From Octopus bimaculoides (Eukaryota), in NCBI RefSeq assembly GCF_001194135.2, contig NC_068985.1, forward strand, positions 54,070,393 to 54,134,392: a stretch of DNA of 64,000 nt, given 5' to 3'. Below the pieces are notes generated by a model. That model had not been told where the DNA came from, ran no database searches, and saw nothing but the letters and a program-made list of their open reading frames with translations. Every line of letters starts with the position of its first letter. Positions within the stretch are counted from its first letter, which is position 1. The position numbers and the translations under genes are program-made. Shown piece after piece: positions 38,679 to 52,427 of the stretch.

Positions 38679-41600
38679 GGAATCTTGTGACACGTCCAGG
38701 CCAGTGGAGCAAATGCTGTCTGTGATCTTATCATACATTCAAGGCTCACTGACAACAGGTGGACTCGTGCAGTTACCAACTGGTAACCAAGGGATTGGAA
38801 GTGACCACTTGGAAGACCTCCTTGATGATAGGAAGATGATACAGTAAAAGAATTTGGGTCCAAATAGAAGAAGAGGGCACAATCAAAGGAAGAATGGAAA
38901 CACATTGACCAGTAATGTTTAAGGGTATCTGAAAGCCTGATGTCTGCCTGTCTGTCTCTATGTATGTATATATACTGGTGGTGATGGCCATTGGTTTTCT
39001 GATTGAACTAAGGAAACAGTATTTTCCATTTTTTTTTTTTCAAATTGCTGATACTATCTGCAAGATATAACTCCAACTAGAAGTGTCATAATTTTTTTTT
39101 TTTTTTTGGTGATGGGGCAAGATATCTACACAGAATATACAGAGCTTGAAGAGATACAACTCATTTGAAGCTAATATTTTTGCAAAAACATTAGGAAGAT
39201 ATGAACTCCCTACAGGATGAAAGACAAAATTGACCTTTGCAGTATTTGAATTCAGGGCACAAAGAATTGGAACAAACACCATAATGCATTCTAGCCAACA
39301 CTCTAATGCCTCTGTCAATTTTCATATATATATGTGTGTGTGTGTGTGTGTGTATGCACACACATACATACAAATATAAATCTGAGAGCAGAATAACAGG
39401 AGGTTTAGTGTAGCTTTTTATTATAACCTCATAAATTTCATAATCTTTGCATGTGTTTCACAAGTAAATACTAGTATGTTGTGCAGTAGACAACTGTGTA
39501 ATCACATAGTAACCCCATATCTTCAGAAGAAACTAGTAATTTAATCCATTGTTATTTACCAGCCTCAGTTGGTTGACAGTGCTATCACTACAACCCAGGC
39601 AATGACAAGTGTGATTGCTGCTGCATAGATATTTAAATATCTAAATGCTGCATCGATATCTAGATAGCTCGTGTGGTAATCAACTTTCAAGTCATGATGT
39701 AGACATTCTGCCTAATTAAAAATTTTCATAAAACTAAACCAAGAAATGTTACTTAGAAACAAATTGATTATTTAAAGAATAACACACATCAACATTATCT
39801 TTTCTCTATTTTGTTACTAATACTAAAGTATTTTGACATTATGTTCCTCCCTAAATACTCAAGATGTCTGCAACATAAACACTTTTGTTACCATACTCCT
39901 GTTGAAATACACTGTCTTTGATTAAAATTATTTTGAAAATAAAAAATTTTGTAAAATAACTTTTTGGAACATACATTAAAGTTGAATTTTAATAAGTTTA
40001 AATTTAGATCACTTTAAGGTAGGAAGTTGTCAGACTCATAGAAAGTTGGTTTTTTTTTTGTTTATCTTGGCACTATTATTTGGACAAGTCTAACAATTAA
40101 TATCTGTTTAATTCACTTCAAACATTCCTTCGTTTAATTATATGTATTTAAAGTGGTGAACTGGCAGAATCACTAGCACATTAAGTGAAAATGCTTAGTG
40201 GCATTTCTTCCAACTCTTCACGTTCTGAATTTAGATGATACCTTTCAGAGATGTCAAATACTGGGGTCAATGTAATTGATGAACCCCAAATCCTGAAATT
40301 GCTAGCCTTGTGCCAAACTTGGAAACAATTATAGTTATTTTTTCAGAGCTCTTCCATATTGATTTTAAAGAACAACTCCAACAGTGATTACATTATTAGA
40401 GTGTCATGGATGAAAGGCTTTTGATAATAGGTCTACTCAGGCATAAGGGGAAAATCCACTAAGAGTTCCACAATCCATTTTAAGCATGTCTAGATCAGTG
40501 GTTTAAAGACGGTCCCCTTAAATGTTTTGCAGAAAAAAAAAACCCCACTAAATAATTTTAATCAAACAAAAGGTAGTACAGTGCAGTGGTTTGTTATCTA
40601 AATTTTCTTACATTATATCTGCATAGATTGGTAGTGCCCCTTAGATAAGATTTTTTACCGAAATTACTAAAGAAGTGGATGACTTCATCATCATTTCAAC
40701 ATCCACTTTTCCATACTTGCATGGGTCAGATAGAGCAGATTTTCTACAGCTGAATACCCTTTCTATCATTAACCATCACCTGTCTCTAAGCAAAGTAATA
40801 TTTTCTCATAACCAGACATGTTTTCGCAGAAAATTAATAACACTGCTGGTATGAAAGTGACTCATTTGCATCAGTTTATGCCATTATGTTTCATATTTGA
40901 AAGTTATTTTATGTAACACAAATTTCATAGATCTTTGCTACATTAATATGAATACTTACGTAAAACTTTCTAAATGTGGTACAAGATAATTCTCAATAAT
41001 TTTCATTTCTTGAGATTTATCCATGTCAAGTTCAAGTTCATCAACACCATAAAAATTGCCAAGCCCTGAAGAAGAAAAAAGTGAGAATGAGAACTAAGGA
41101 GTGCAATGAGATAGAAAGTTTACATATATGTGCTGCATTTTTTTATTCAGAAGTTGGAGACTGGCAGGAGGGAGTTATTTTCAAATTGGAAACCTGGCCT
41201 AAATGTTTAGAAAGCACCAAAAACCAAGTGGTGATGTTAAACTAGCACCTAGCCTCTGGATTAAACTACTGCCCAAGAATAGAAATGGGTTTCTACAGTT
41301 TCTGTTCATTAAATTTCCCTCAGAAGGCATTGGGCAACCCAAGGTCATGGTAGCAGACAGTGGGTTTGAAACTGAGATCATGCAAAGCAATCTTCTCAAT
41401 TACACAGCCACGCCTGTATCCATTCATGTGTAAAGAGATATAGTCACACCTGTCATCATTTAGGTCATAGTCACACCTGTAGCCATTTATGTAAGGAGAC
41501 ACATAACCACACCTGAACCCATTCATGTATGGAGAGACAAAGCTAAGCTTGTAACAACTTACAAAAGGAGAGAGAGATAAATGCAATGCTAGTTTCAAGT

Positions 41601-42196
41601 GACACAGGTTTTACATGAAATATATAGTAAAGAAAATAAAGCGGAGTTATATTCATACTTAGTAACTCAAAGCATGTGGTCTAGGGCGTGGGGCTCAGAA
41701 TCATGACAATGTAGGCTGGGTTCCTGCACTGGGCAGTGGGGTGTGTTGTTGAGCAAAGCTCTTTATTTCATAATGCTTCAATCTACTCACCTGAAAATGA
41801 GTAACAGCTGAATGCTAGTGCAGCTCACTCCTCTCTCACTCCAAGAGGATGTCTATGTTTGCTTGCAACTACACACTTAAACCACTTAGCAAAAGTATAA
41901 TCCACTCTGCCAGGTGGTTGGTGTTAGGAAGGGCATCCAGCTATAAAAACCCTGCTAAAACAAGCACAGAAGTCTGGAGCAGGCTCCTGCCTGGCTAACT
42001 CCTGTCAAACTGTCCGACCCATGCCAGTATGGAAGGTGGACGTTGAATGATGATGATGATGGTACATGTTACCAAGTCATACTTGCTTGCAAAGTATGCT
42101 TATGGTTATTTTGAATACAGTTATTTTACATAATAGTTGATACATTATTATTAATATTATTTTAATATAACAATCACAAAATACAATTATCTCACC

Positions 42197-42235
<39 letters not shown>

Positions 42236-42653
42236 GTCGTTGTCGACTTACGACCTATCTGACTTAAAACCGATCGACTTTACGATGAGTGGCATTCCAG
42301 CTCCCGGCAGCAATAATAAATAGTGCAGTTGAAATCTAATGGGTTTAATTTTTTAACGTCAGCTAACAAGCGACATCAAAGACCCACAGCCAAGCACCAG
42401 TCTACAATACATTTTTATTTAAGTTTTGCAGCTGTTTCTTACACTACATTGTGTATTTCTTGTATTTGCATTCTTTGGTACTTTTCTATGAACAAATAAC
42501 ACTGTTGTAGTATAATACAGAATACTGTGTGTGACATTTACCTGAGAATGAAAAATGTAAAACAAAGCTATGTAGGCCTATAGTTCAACTTATGACCAAA
42601 TCAACTTACAACCAACTGTCAGAACTAATTGTGATCATAAGTCAATGACAACC

Positions 42654-42715
<62 letters not shown>

Positions 42716-45700
42716 NNNNNNNNNNNNNNNNNNNNNNNNNNNNNNNNNNNNNNNNNNNNNNNNNNNNNNNNNNNNNNNNNNNNNNNNNNNNNNNNNNNNN
42801 NNNNNNNNNNNNNNNNNNNNNNNNNNNNNNNNNNNNNATATGGGAGAATTTACAAAAAAAAACAACAGACGAAGACAGGTGGTGTAAACAACAAATGGAT
42901 GTATTAGTATTACACTCAGGAATAGAAAAAGTCTTTAACGTTTCAAGCCTACGCTCTTCAACTGAAAGGAACACAGAAAGAAATAAGGAGAGAAACAAGG
43001 AGAAAAAAAATATAAATGTAGTGGTCAGCGATCTATATAAATGTGTGTGTGTGTATGTCAATATTCAATTGTGCTAAGTTCAATAATGCAAACATATTGT
43101 TTGAGGATATTTAATAGTCATATTTACATATGTTATTGGTTCAGTAAGTAATATCTACTGATATATGAGTAATTAGAAAAAATAATTTAGGATAGGTCTG
43201 CCATAATGTCAACTACACTGAGTCTACATATGTGTGAACATAGGTATGACTTTGTAGAAGAAGTTTACTTTGCAAATATGTGGTTCTGGAATTGATCCCA
43301 TTGTTCTGTACCCTGGGCAAGTGTCTTTTTCAATAACCTCAGGTTCAGTCCCTTCAGAGAGGAATTTGGTAAATGGAAATAGTGAGGAAGCCTATTGCCC
43401 CCCACTCTCTCTCTCTCTCTGAGTATGGCCACATGGTTAAAATGCCTGCTTCAGAAACATGTGGCTTAAAGTTTGTTTCCACTGTATCCTTTTGATTGTT
43501 CTATTCCTATGGTCCAAACACTCTGTTTTACAGTGATCTCAGTTAAAACTTCTATCAAAATTTCATGTTGATTTATGTTTCAAACACAGGCTTACTAAGG
43601 GCAAAGTTATCTTACTAAATTCTTCATTATTTTCAAAATTCAAAAGCAGTGTATTTCAACAGAAATGTGTAACAAAAAGGTTAAGTGCTTTTTTTTTATT
43701 ATATATATAACAAAAAACATTTATTCTTGAGAAAAGGAAGTGGTGTACAAGACCCATTAAAATGGAAGAAGTACTCACCTAACTTTTGTTTGTTCCTAAA
43801 GTCATTGAGCATCAAGTTTACAGCACCACGAACATCATGTTTTGCATCATTGAATAAAGAGCGAAGACATTCCTCTTTGTCAGTTTTACTGATTAAAGTG
43901 TCATCAATTATTTTCACTAAATTCTCATCAATCGTTACTTTTAATGGCTGAAATATTAAATAGATATCGATATTTAATATTATAATTTCATTTTCTACAT
44001 CAGATAGATCGTATAGATAACCAGTGTTTAATACTTTAGCATTTAAATCAGTCATGTCAAACCCAAATATTCTACCTGTTTTATGTTTAAACTGGCCAAA
44101 TCCAGCCTTCCAAACCTACTCTACAATGTCATTCTAAAGCTAAACAATCATATCATTGTAATCCCGAAGCTAAAAGATAATGCAAGATAATATCATTTCT
44201 GCCCACAGTAGTGTGAAATTTTCAACAGCATATGGTGTTTTTCAGTATCTGAAGTGAAGATTTTTCTTCTTTTGCAATTACTGATATGGCTGCAGAAAAT
44301 AGCAATGCTGACTTGGAAAGATTTACAGCTGAAGATTTACAAAATGTTGAAGAAATGAATAATAATAATAATAATTGATAAAAAACAGATAAATAAATAA
44401 AAAAAAAACAGTAACTTATCTTCAGATGAATCAGACAAAGAAGATGATTCCCAATTTTCATCCCCCCAAAATTTTCAGAATGTCATTCAGAATATTACAA
44501 CACAGTCAAATACTGATACATATCCGTATTTTTTTTTTTTATTGAAAATGTGTAATTGTAAACCATTGGGTATTTAAGTACCTACTGAGAAAATTTCAGG
44601 TCTCTATGCAAAAAGTCAACAAAGTTAGAAATAAATTTTGTTAATACTCCTCAAGGAGCATGATTAATTCAAAACAATGTGAATGAATATAAGCATTACA
44701 TTTGACAGATTAATCTAAATTTATGTAGCATGTCAGGAAACCTATTTTAGTTGTCACATCATAGGCATTCTCCAGCCAATCAGGGATGGGCGCATATGAA
44801 TACAAGAGGCAGTTTTCTGCCCATGAAGTGAAGCATACATTTTAATCAGTTAGTGGAAAGATGGAGGACCAACAACAGCAGGAACAACTCCTTGCTTTTC
44901 ACACCAACTTTGCGTCACTAGCTCTAAATTTTTAGCTGCTTTCAACTTGCTACATCACGAACAGCCTATTTCATTGATGCCCACTACGCTCCACGAAATT
45001 CTGGATGACATCAGCCACAACTCTGCCTCATAATGAACAGTATATTTTTGTTTAAGCTACCTCCATTTTGGTTAGCTTATAATGACTTCCAACTGAATCT
45101 ATTTTTGAAACATAAGTTATAATGCTTTCCCTAACTTATGCACACACCCAGGCTACACTCTTATTACTTGTTAGCTCTTGCGATAATTTAATAAATTAAA
45201 TTACTCATTTAAAAACTGCCTTCTGATATTCCATTATACATGCTTCTCAAAAGCTTGCTCACAGGACTTTTCCACGAACACTTTCATACTATAAGTTAGT
45301 GACCACACTCACTAAATTCAAAAGGTTTAAAAGGCAGATTTGATAATAACAAAGTCTAAAGGGTGGTGGGGGACAAGCACAAGCACAATGGGCTTCTTTT
45401 AGTTTTCATGTACCAAGTCTACTCATAAGGCTTTGGTCAGCCCAAGGCTATAGTAGAAGACTTATTTTAAGAATATAAAGAAAGATAATTTTTTTTTTAT
45501 CTTTTAGTTACAAGACAAGATAGTGTCCTGACCCTTTACAGGGAGACTGGCAGGTGGAAGGTATTCTAAAAATCAGGGAGCTTTCTTGAATGACTTGTAA
45601 CAAACTGAACTCCTCTTAAAGATAACCAAGGCACCAGGTGGTTGTATTAAATCAGGTGACGGACTAAATCTACCAAGTTTATCATACAAATAGGATAAGA

Positions 45701-48700
45701 TTTGAACTACCATCCCATGTAGGTTATGACAGAATTCAAAACACAAAAAACAAAAACAAATACTGCAAGGCACCCAGTTCCAGCAATCTACCATCTTTGA
45801 GCAGTAATTTTTTTTCATTACTGACCTCAAAAGGGTCGAAAGTGTTGCAGACCTAAATGGGATTTGAACTCAAAGTGTAGAAAGTCTCTGAACAAATTCA
45901 ACAAAATATTCTGTCCAATGTGCTGACAACACAACTAATTTGGCAGTTGGAAATGGATTTATGGTTGTAAAGATAGAGGAAAAGTATGGAGGATTATTTT
46001 CTACTTACAGCATTTTGAATTAAAAATGTGGAATATATTTCGTAAGCCCATTTTCTCAATTCTTTACTACTTCCATTAGCTGATGAGTAAATATCAGATA
46101 TTATATAGAAAAACTGAAAAACAGAAAAGAAAAAGAAATTAATTAACACAAAAAACATATAAATATAAAAACATTAGCAATGAATTAACTTTTTTAATAA
46201 TAGAAGTATGCATCTGTTTGTCTTTTACTTGTTTCAGTCATAAAGACTGTGGCCATGCTGGGGGACCACATTGAAAAGGTTTTAGTCAAACAAATCGACC
46301 CTAGCACCTATGCATTTCTCCCTCTATTGGTCTCTTTTGTTGAACTGCTAAGTTACGGGGACATAAAGAAACCAATACCAGTTGTCAAAGAGTGGTGAGG
46401 AGGCATGACAAGCGCATGCACACACACACACACACACGCACGTGCGCGACAGGCTCCCACACAGTTACTGTCTGACAAATTTACTCACAAGACCTTGGTC
46501 AGCCCAGGGCTAAAGTAGAAGATACTTGCCCAAGGTAACGTGCAGTGAGACTGAACTTGAAACTAGTTGCAATGTGAGATTCTTAACTTCAAAGCCAAAC
46601 CTGCTTGAATTTCTTATAATGAAAACGTCAATATATTATGCTTTACCTATCACCACCTACATTCATGTTAGTGTATATTTATAGATCTAGTCATGGCTTT
46701 TATACTTGGGCCAACAATAAGATGTAATTCTTTCCATTTTAATTTATTTTACACTCTGAAAAGAAAGAACAAGCTAAAAGACATGATGAAGGTTTCTGAG
46801 CTATTTTGTTTTTGTCTCTTTTATCCTTTACACTTCAGTCACATTTTAGTTTCATCATCTCAAACTATGTTTAAAGCAACAATTTTCTAACTCCTATTTT
46901 TGGTGATGCAGCTGAGCTTTAAGAATTTTATACCTGCAGAAACCAATAGATGAATCATAAGTCAAACAGCAAAGCAGTTGTGATATGCCCTTATTACAAA
47001 ATACTGCATGACAAAGGATATAGCATGAGGCCTTTGATCAGCTTGATGCCTTTGACCAGCCTGAAGCCTTTGACCAACCTGAAGCCTTTGACCAGCCTGA
47101 AGCCTTTGACCAGCCTGAAGCCTTTGACTAGCCTCAAGTAAAGCATGTTGATGTTTCTGCAGTTGTGGGACATTCTCAAGAAATTAATCTAATTCTTCTA
47201 TACCAAAGACTAAGTACTATAGTCAACTAGCTTTGTTCACTTCTCAAGTTGAGTTGTTCATACGGAGATGTACAAGTCAATGCTGAAGCCAACCAGCTTT
47301 GTTCACCCCATAAGTTGAGCAGTTCTGTTTGATCTCGAATTAAGCAGTGAGGATCACCTTCAACAGATCTGTCAGATTAACACAAATTGACCAGCTCTTC
47401 AGAGCTAATCTGGAAGAGCTCTCATAAAACAATATTAATTAAACATCATTCACACAATGAATTAACAATCAACATTTGTGATAGGCCAGAATCAAACAAC
47501 TCATATATCATAAAGAAAACAATCTACCTGTAATAAACAAGAAAAAGGACATTTCTTTGTGCGTGTATGTTAGTGTAATTGTAGCTTTGATGTGAAGTAA
47601 AACAACTCCTTAAAAAATGCTGAGTTACAAAGACTAGAACATAAATTGATGTCAGCAAATAATTTTAGGTACAACATGACAATCTAACTTACCAGTGCTG
47701 AGGGGTCATCATTAGAAATAAGATAGTGCAGCAATATAGAAAGGTAAGCATTCCGCTTCTCTACTTCTTCAAAATTACCAAATGGCAAACGATTTTCGGC
47801 CTGGGAGAGAGGGAGAGAGAGAGATATATATATATATAACGAGCTGGTGTTATTGATTTGTCTTCAGTATAAACATTGCTATAATACAACTACCCAATTA
47901 TTTAAACACATCAATATATTTTCCAATAGTGAATGAGAAATAAATGATATAGGAGCAGTGAATAAACATGGACATGTTTGCAAGAGAAAAGTGGGTAAGG
48001 GGGATGAAGAGGTGGAGAGGAAATAGAGGAAGGTGGGAGAGAATGGATGTGTGGATGTGTTGAGGAGACAGTATTGTTGTTATAAATCAGCAGGTCAATA
48101 CAGCAGAGCTTAATGAAAATAATAAGTATGGACATTTATGGCTGAATCTATCAAGTTATGAAAGGTGATTTCCCCCCCCCCTTTTTTTTCTTTAATTCTG
48201 CCATTTCATGAAATCAAAAGTATTGATATATTTCTAATGACTGCCTTTGGTGGGAAGAGGAGATAATTTATAGTCAATCTAATAATAAATGTAAAGTGTA
48301 CCTCATCAGTAGGCACTTCATCATCATCGTCTTCTTCCATGGTCATTATTGCTGCTGTGCCTCCATCCTAAAAAAGAAATAAATCATGACAATATAAACA
48401 AAACAAAGACGAACAAACAATAGACATAAAAATTATTAAAACTTTGATATGATCATCATTTTGTGTCTTGTTTTCCCAAGCTAGTATGAGTTAGAGAGGC
48501 CTTCTCCAGGACTGTGTTGCCACTCATTATGGTCCCTTGCCATTATTTTCTTTGTGATATTCAGCATCCAGAGAGCAGCCTTCACCAGCTCTTCCCTGCC
48601 ATCTTCCTCAGTCATTCTTTTTCACTTTGGCTGATTGGCACTTCTTTATTCCAACAACCATCCACCATACACATCACACAATCATAACAGCACAGTTTTT

Positions 48701-51700
48701 TCACTTACACACTGCACCAGATACTTCCTATATATAGTGTTTCTCAGTGTGTGTGTGTGTGTGTGCATGCATGTCATCATCATTTAACATCTGTTGTCCA
48801 TGCTGGCAAGCTGAGTTGGGGAGAGGCTGTACCAGACCCCAGTCTGATTTGGCATGGTTTTATTGGCTGGATGCTCTTCCTAATGCCAATCACTTTACAG
48901 AGTGTGCTGGGTGCTTCTAAATGGTACCGCATGGGCACTTTTATGTGGCACTGCATGGGCATTCATTAGTGTCAGTATTAACATGCTGTTTGCTAGCCTA
49001 TATCTCCCTCATACACATGTACACACATTGCAAGCCAAAAGTAACAAACTTGAGTTTTCTAAATAAGAAATCTATAAAAGACAAGGTACCTCAGTCCCAC
49101 ATCTGTCAGCATCTGGATTTGAACTGTTCATATCAGCCAGGTGAACAGGTGTTGGAGAATTACTGGGACTAGCATGCGGTGAATCCAAAATACCACTCGT
49201 GTCAGGTGAACCAACTGTTAAAGATGTGCGCTGGTAAAACAGGAAATGTAATTGTTCAGAATAATAAAGCAAAACAAGACTAACATATTGCCATTTCAAA
49301 GTAGTTATTGAAATTATGGGCTGAGTTATGGTAAACCAAGTAAAATATGTTTTCTTTAAACAAACAAAACATTAATGAAAATTTATAACTATTCTGTAGT
49401 TGCTGTTTTTTTTTTGTCTAATGAAAACAAAAATTAATTGAAAGGTTAATTAGTCAGTTTAGGAATTCATAGAATGTAATGTTAATAAATTCCCAATTAG
49501 TTTCAGAGTCCTCTCTGAATGCTTAAGAAACTGAACCAGAGAGGAACCATGGTGGTGAAACAAAAGAAACAATATTGAGTTGTCATGCTTCTAAGTTAAT
49601 AAAACAGGAACACAATAGTGTAATCATGAGTAGAAAAGACATTAAGCATTTATAGAATCATATTCCTTATGGTTGCAATATTGGACAGAAAAAAAAAAGA
49701 ATGCTAAACCTATTTTTGACATCAAAAAGAACAGCAACAAATCATTAACCTTTAGAGCAGACCATTTATTTTTCAGCAGATATGGTCATGAAACTAACCA
49801 TGTATTTAAAGATCTATGTTATTGGAGAGCTTTTAGTTAAGGACTTCTTTTTAACAATCCTAACTTCCTTATGAAAATTATAAAAATTGTTTGCTTTCTT
49901 AAAAAATGCAAAATTCTAATGAATATCATTAATTCTTATAGTAATTTTGTAACTAAATACTTGGATATTTACATAAACAGCAGATGGGAATGTTTTTTCT
50001 TCTACTGTTTATAATTGACAAATTTGAAAAGACAACACTAATTTCAAAACCTTAGAAGCTAATTACACCCTCACTTAGAATTTTCTTACTTTATACATAA
50101 CTGTTACATATAAATTCAAGACATTCCAGACTGTAAGAACGTGAAAAATATAAACATTTTAGCTTCAAAATTTAAGGATTTTCAGAATGACAGAAAATAA
50201 TATTTTTTTCTTTTATTTTTTCTTAGCTAGAATCATAAAATAATTGAAATAGATTTTAAATTCACAGGTATGACTGAATGGTTCAGAAGATAATTTCCCA
50301 GACATGTAATTTTGGGTTGTCCCACTGAATAGCACTTTGGGAAGTGTCTTCTTCTGCAGCCTCAGGTTGACCTAAGACTTATGAATGGATTTGGTACATG
50401 GAGACTGAAAAAGAAGCAGTTTTGTGTTCATGTGTATACATATATATTATACTAGCAGAAATACCTGGCGTTGCCCGGGTTAAAGAGAATAATGAAATCT
50501 AAAAACGCCGTCTAGACTACGCATCATCTTTATATATAGAGATGTATATACACACACGCACCCAAACACACGTATATATATGTATATCAATATAAATATA
50601 TGAAAGTCAATGAAGTTTCGTAAAAGAAGGTGATCATGTACATACTTTCTTGCTGTTGTGATTATAACACCTCATTGTAAACTATGTTCCTTGTTTTCCC
50701 TTGTGGAGCATATACAAATAGGTTTTTTGTTGCTGCCCACTCTTGAGCAGCCAACATACAGTTGTCCATGTGAGAAGCAGGGCTCTTCCAAGNNNNNNNN
50801 NNNNNNNNNNNNNNNNNNNNNNNNNNNNNNNNNNNNNNNNNNNNNNNNNNNNNNNNNNNNNNNNNNNNNNNNNNNNNNNNNNNNNNNNNNNNNNNNNNNN
50901 NNNNNNNNNNNNNNNNNNNNNNNNNNNNNNNNNNNNNNNNNNNNNNNNNNNNNNNNNNNNNNNNNNNNNNNNNNNNNNNNNNNNNNNNNNNNNNNNNNNN
51001 NNNNNNNNNNNNNNNNNNNNNNNNNNNNNNNNNNNNNNNNNNNNNNNNNNNNNNNNNNNNNNNNNNNNNNNNNNNNNNNNNNNNNNNNNNNNNNNNNNNN
51101 NNNNNNNNNNNNNNNNNNNNNNNNNNNNNNNNNNNNNNNNNNNNNNNNNNNNNNNNNNNNNNNNNNNNNNNNNNNNNNNNNNNNNNNNNNNNNNNNNNNN
51201 NNNNNNNNNNNNNNNNNNNNNNNNNNNNNNNNNNNNNNNNNNNNNNNNNNNNNNNNNNNNNNNNNNNNNNNNNNNNNNNNNNNNNNNNNNNNNNNNNNNN
51301 NNNNNNNNNNNNNNNNNNNNNNNNNNNNNNNNNNNNNNNNNNNNNNNNNNNNNNNNNNNNNNNNNNNNNNNNNNNNNNNNNNNNNNNNNNNNNNNNNNNN
51401 NNNNNNNNNNNNNNNNNNNNNNNNNNNNNNNNNNNNNNNNNNNNNNNNNNNNNNNNNNNNNNNNNNNNNNNNNNNNNNNNNNNNNNNNNNNNNNNNNNNN
51501 NNNNNNNNNNNNNNNNNNNNNNNNNNNNNNNNNNNNNNNNNNNNNNNNNNNNNNNNNNNNNNNNNNNNNNNNNNNNNNNNNNNNNNNNNNNNNNNNNNNN
51601 NNNNNNNNNNNNNNNNNNNNNNNNNNNNNNNNNNNNNNNNNNNNNNNNNNNNNNNNNNNNNNNNNNNNNNNNNNNNNNNNNNNNNNNNNNNNNNNNNNNT

Positions 51701-52382
51701 CTCTCTCTGTGAAAGTATCTGTCACTACAGTATCGAAATGTGATTGTTTCAGTTAGTGGAATAGTTTCATTTTTAAAGTGAAAGTATTTGACATGAGTGT
51801 TTTTGTTTCACTTTTGACACGTAATACTTAAATAGTGGAGGAGATATTATGTTGCCGTGTGCTCGAACTCTGCAAGAAGTTAATAATTTTTTTTTACTAA
51901 AACACAACTGGAACCCTAAGTAAGGCATGTGTAAAAATTTGAATGAAATTGGTTGCGTAGTTCTCGAGTTTTAGGGATTCACACAGACAGACAGACAGAC
52001 ACACATTCTCATTTTTATATATATAGATGTATATGTGTTTGTGTGCATATGTATATATGCATGTATTTGAACACTTAAAGGTTAGCAACAGTAAAGTTAT
52101 CTAACTGTAAAACAAAGCTTTAACGTATTAATTTAACCTATGCTAGCATGGAAAATCAGATATAAAAATAAACAAATCTATTATTATTATTATTAAGGCA
52201 AGAACAGATGTTTATTGATGAAATATATAGAAACTGCCCCCCCCCCTTAAAACATGATACTTCAAACTAATACTACAAAAAACAAATGGAAAAACTACTT
52301 TTTCTAGAGCATTTGTGAGACAGGATCTTATGTTAGTGTGTGTGTGTGTGTGTGTGTGTGTTTGTGTGTATGTATGTATGTC

Positions 52383-52427
<45 letters not shown>

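Noticed and set aside
44700-45330. Relatively CpG-rich unique stretch with a CCAAT box
   Set aside because: No convincing ORF, splice pair or termini; it cannot be called a promoter or element without data.
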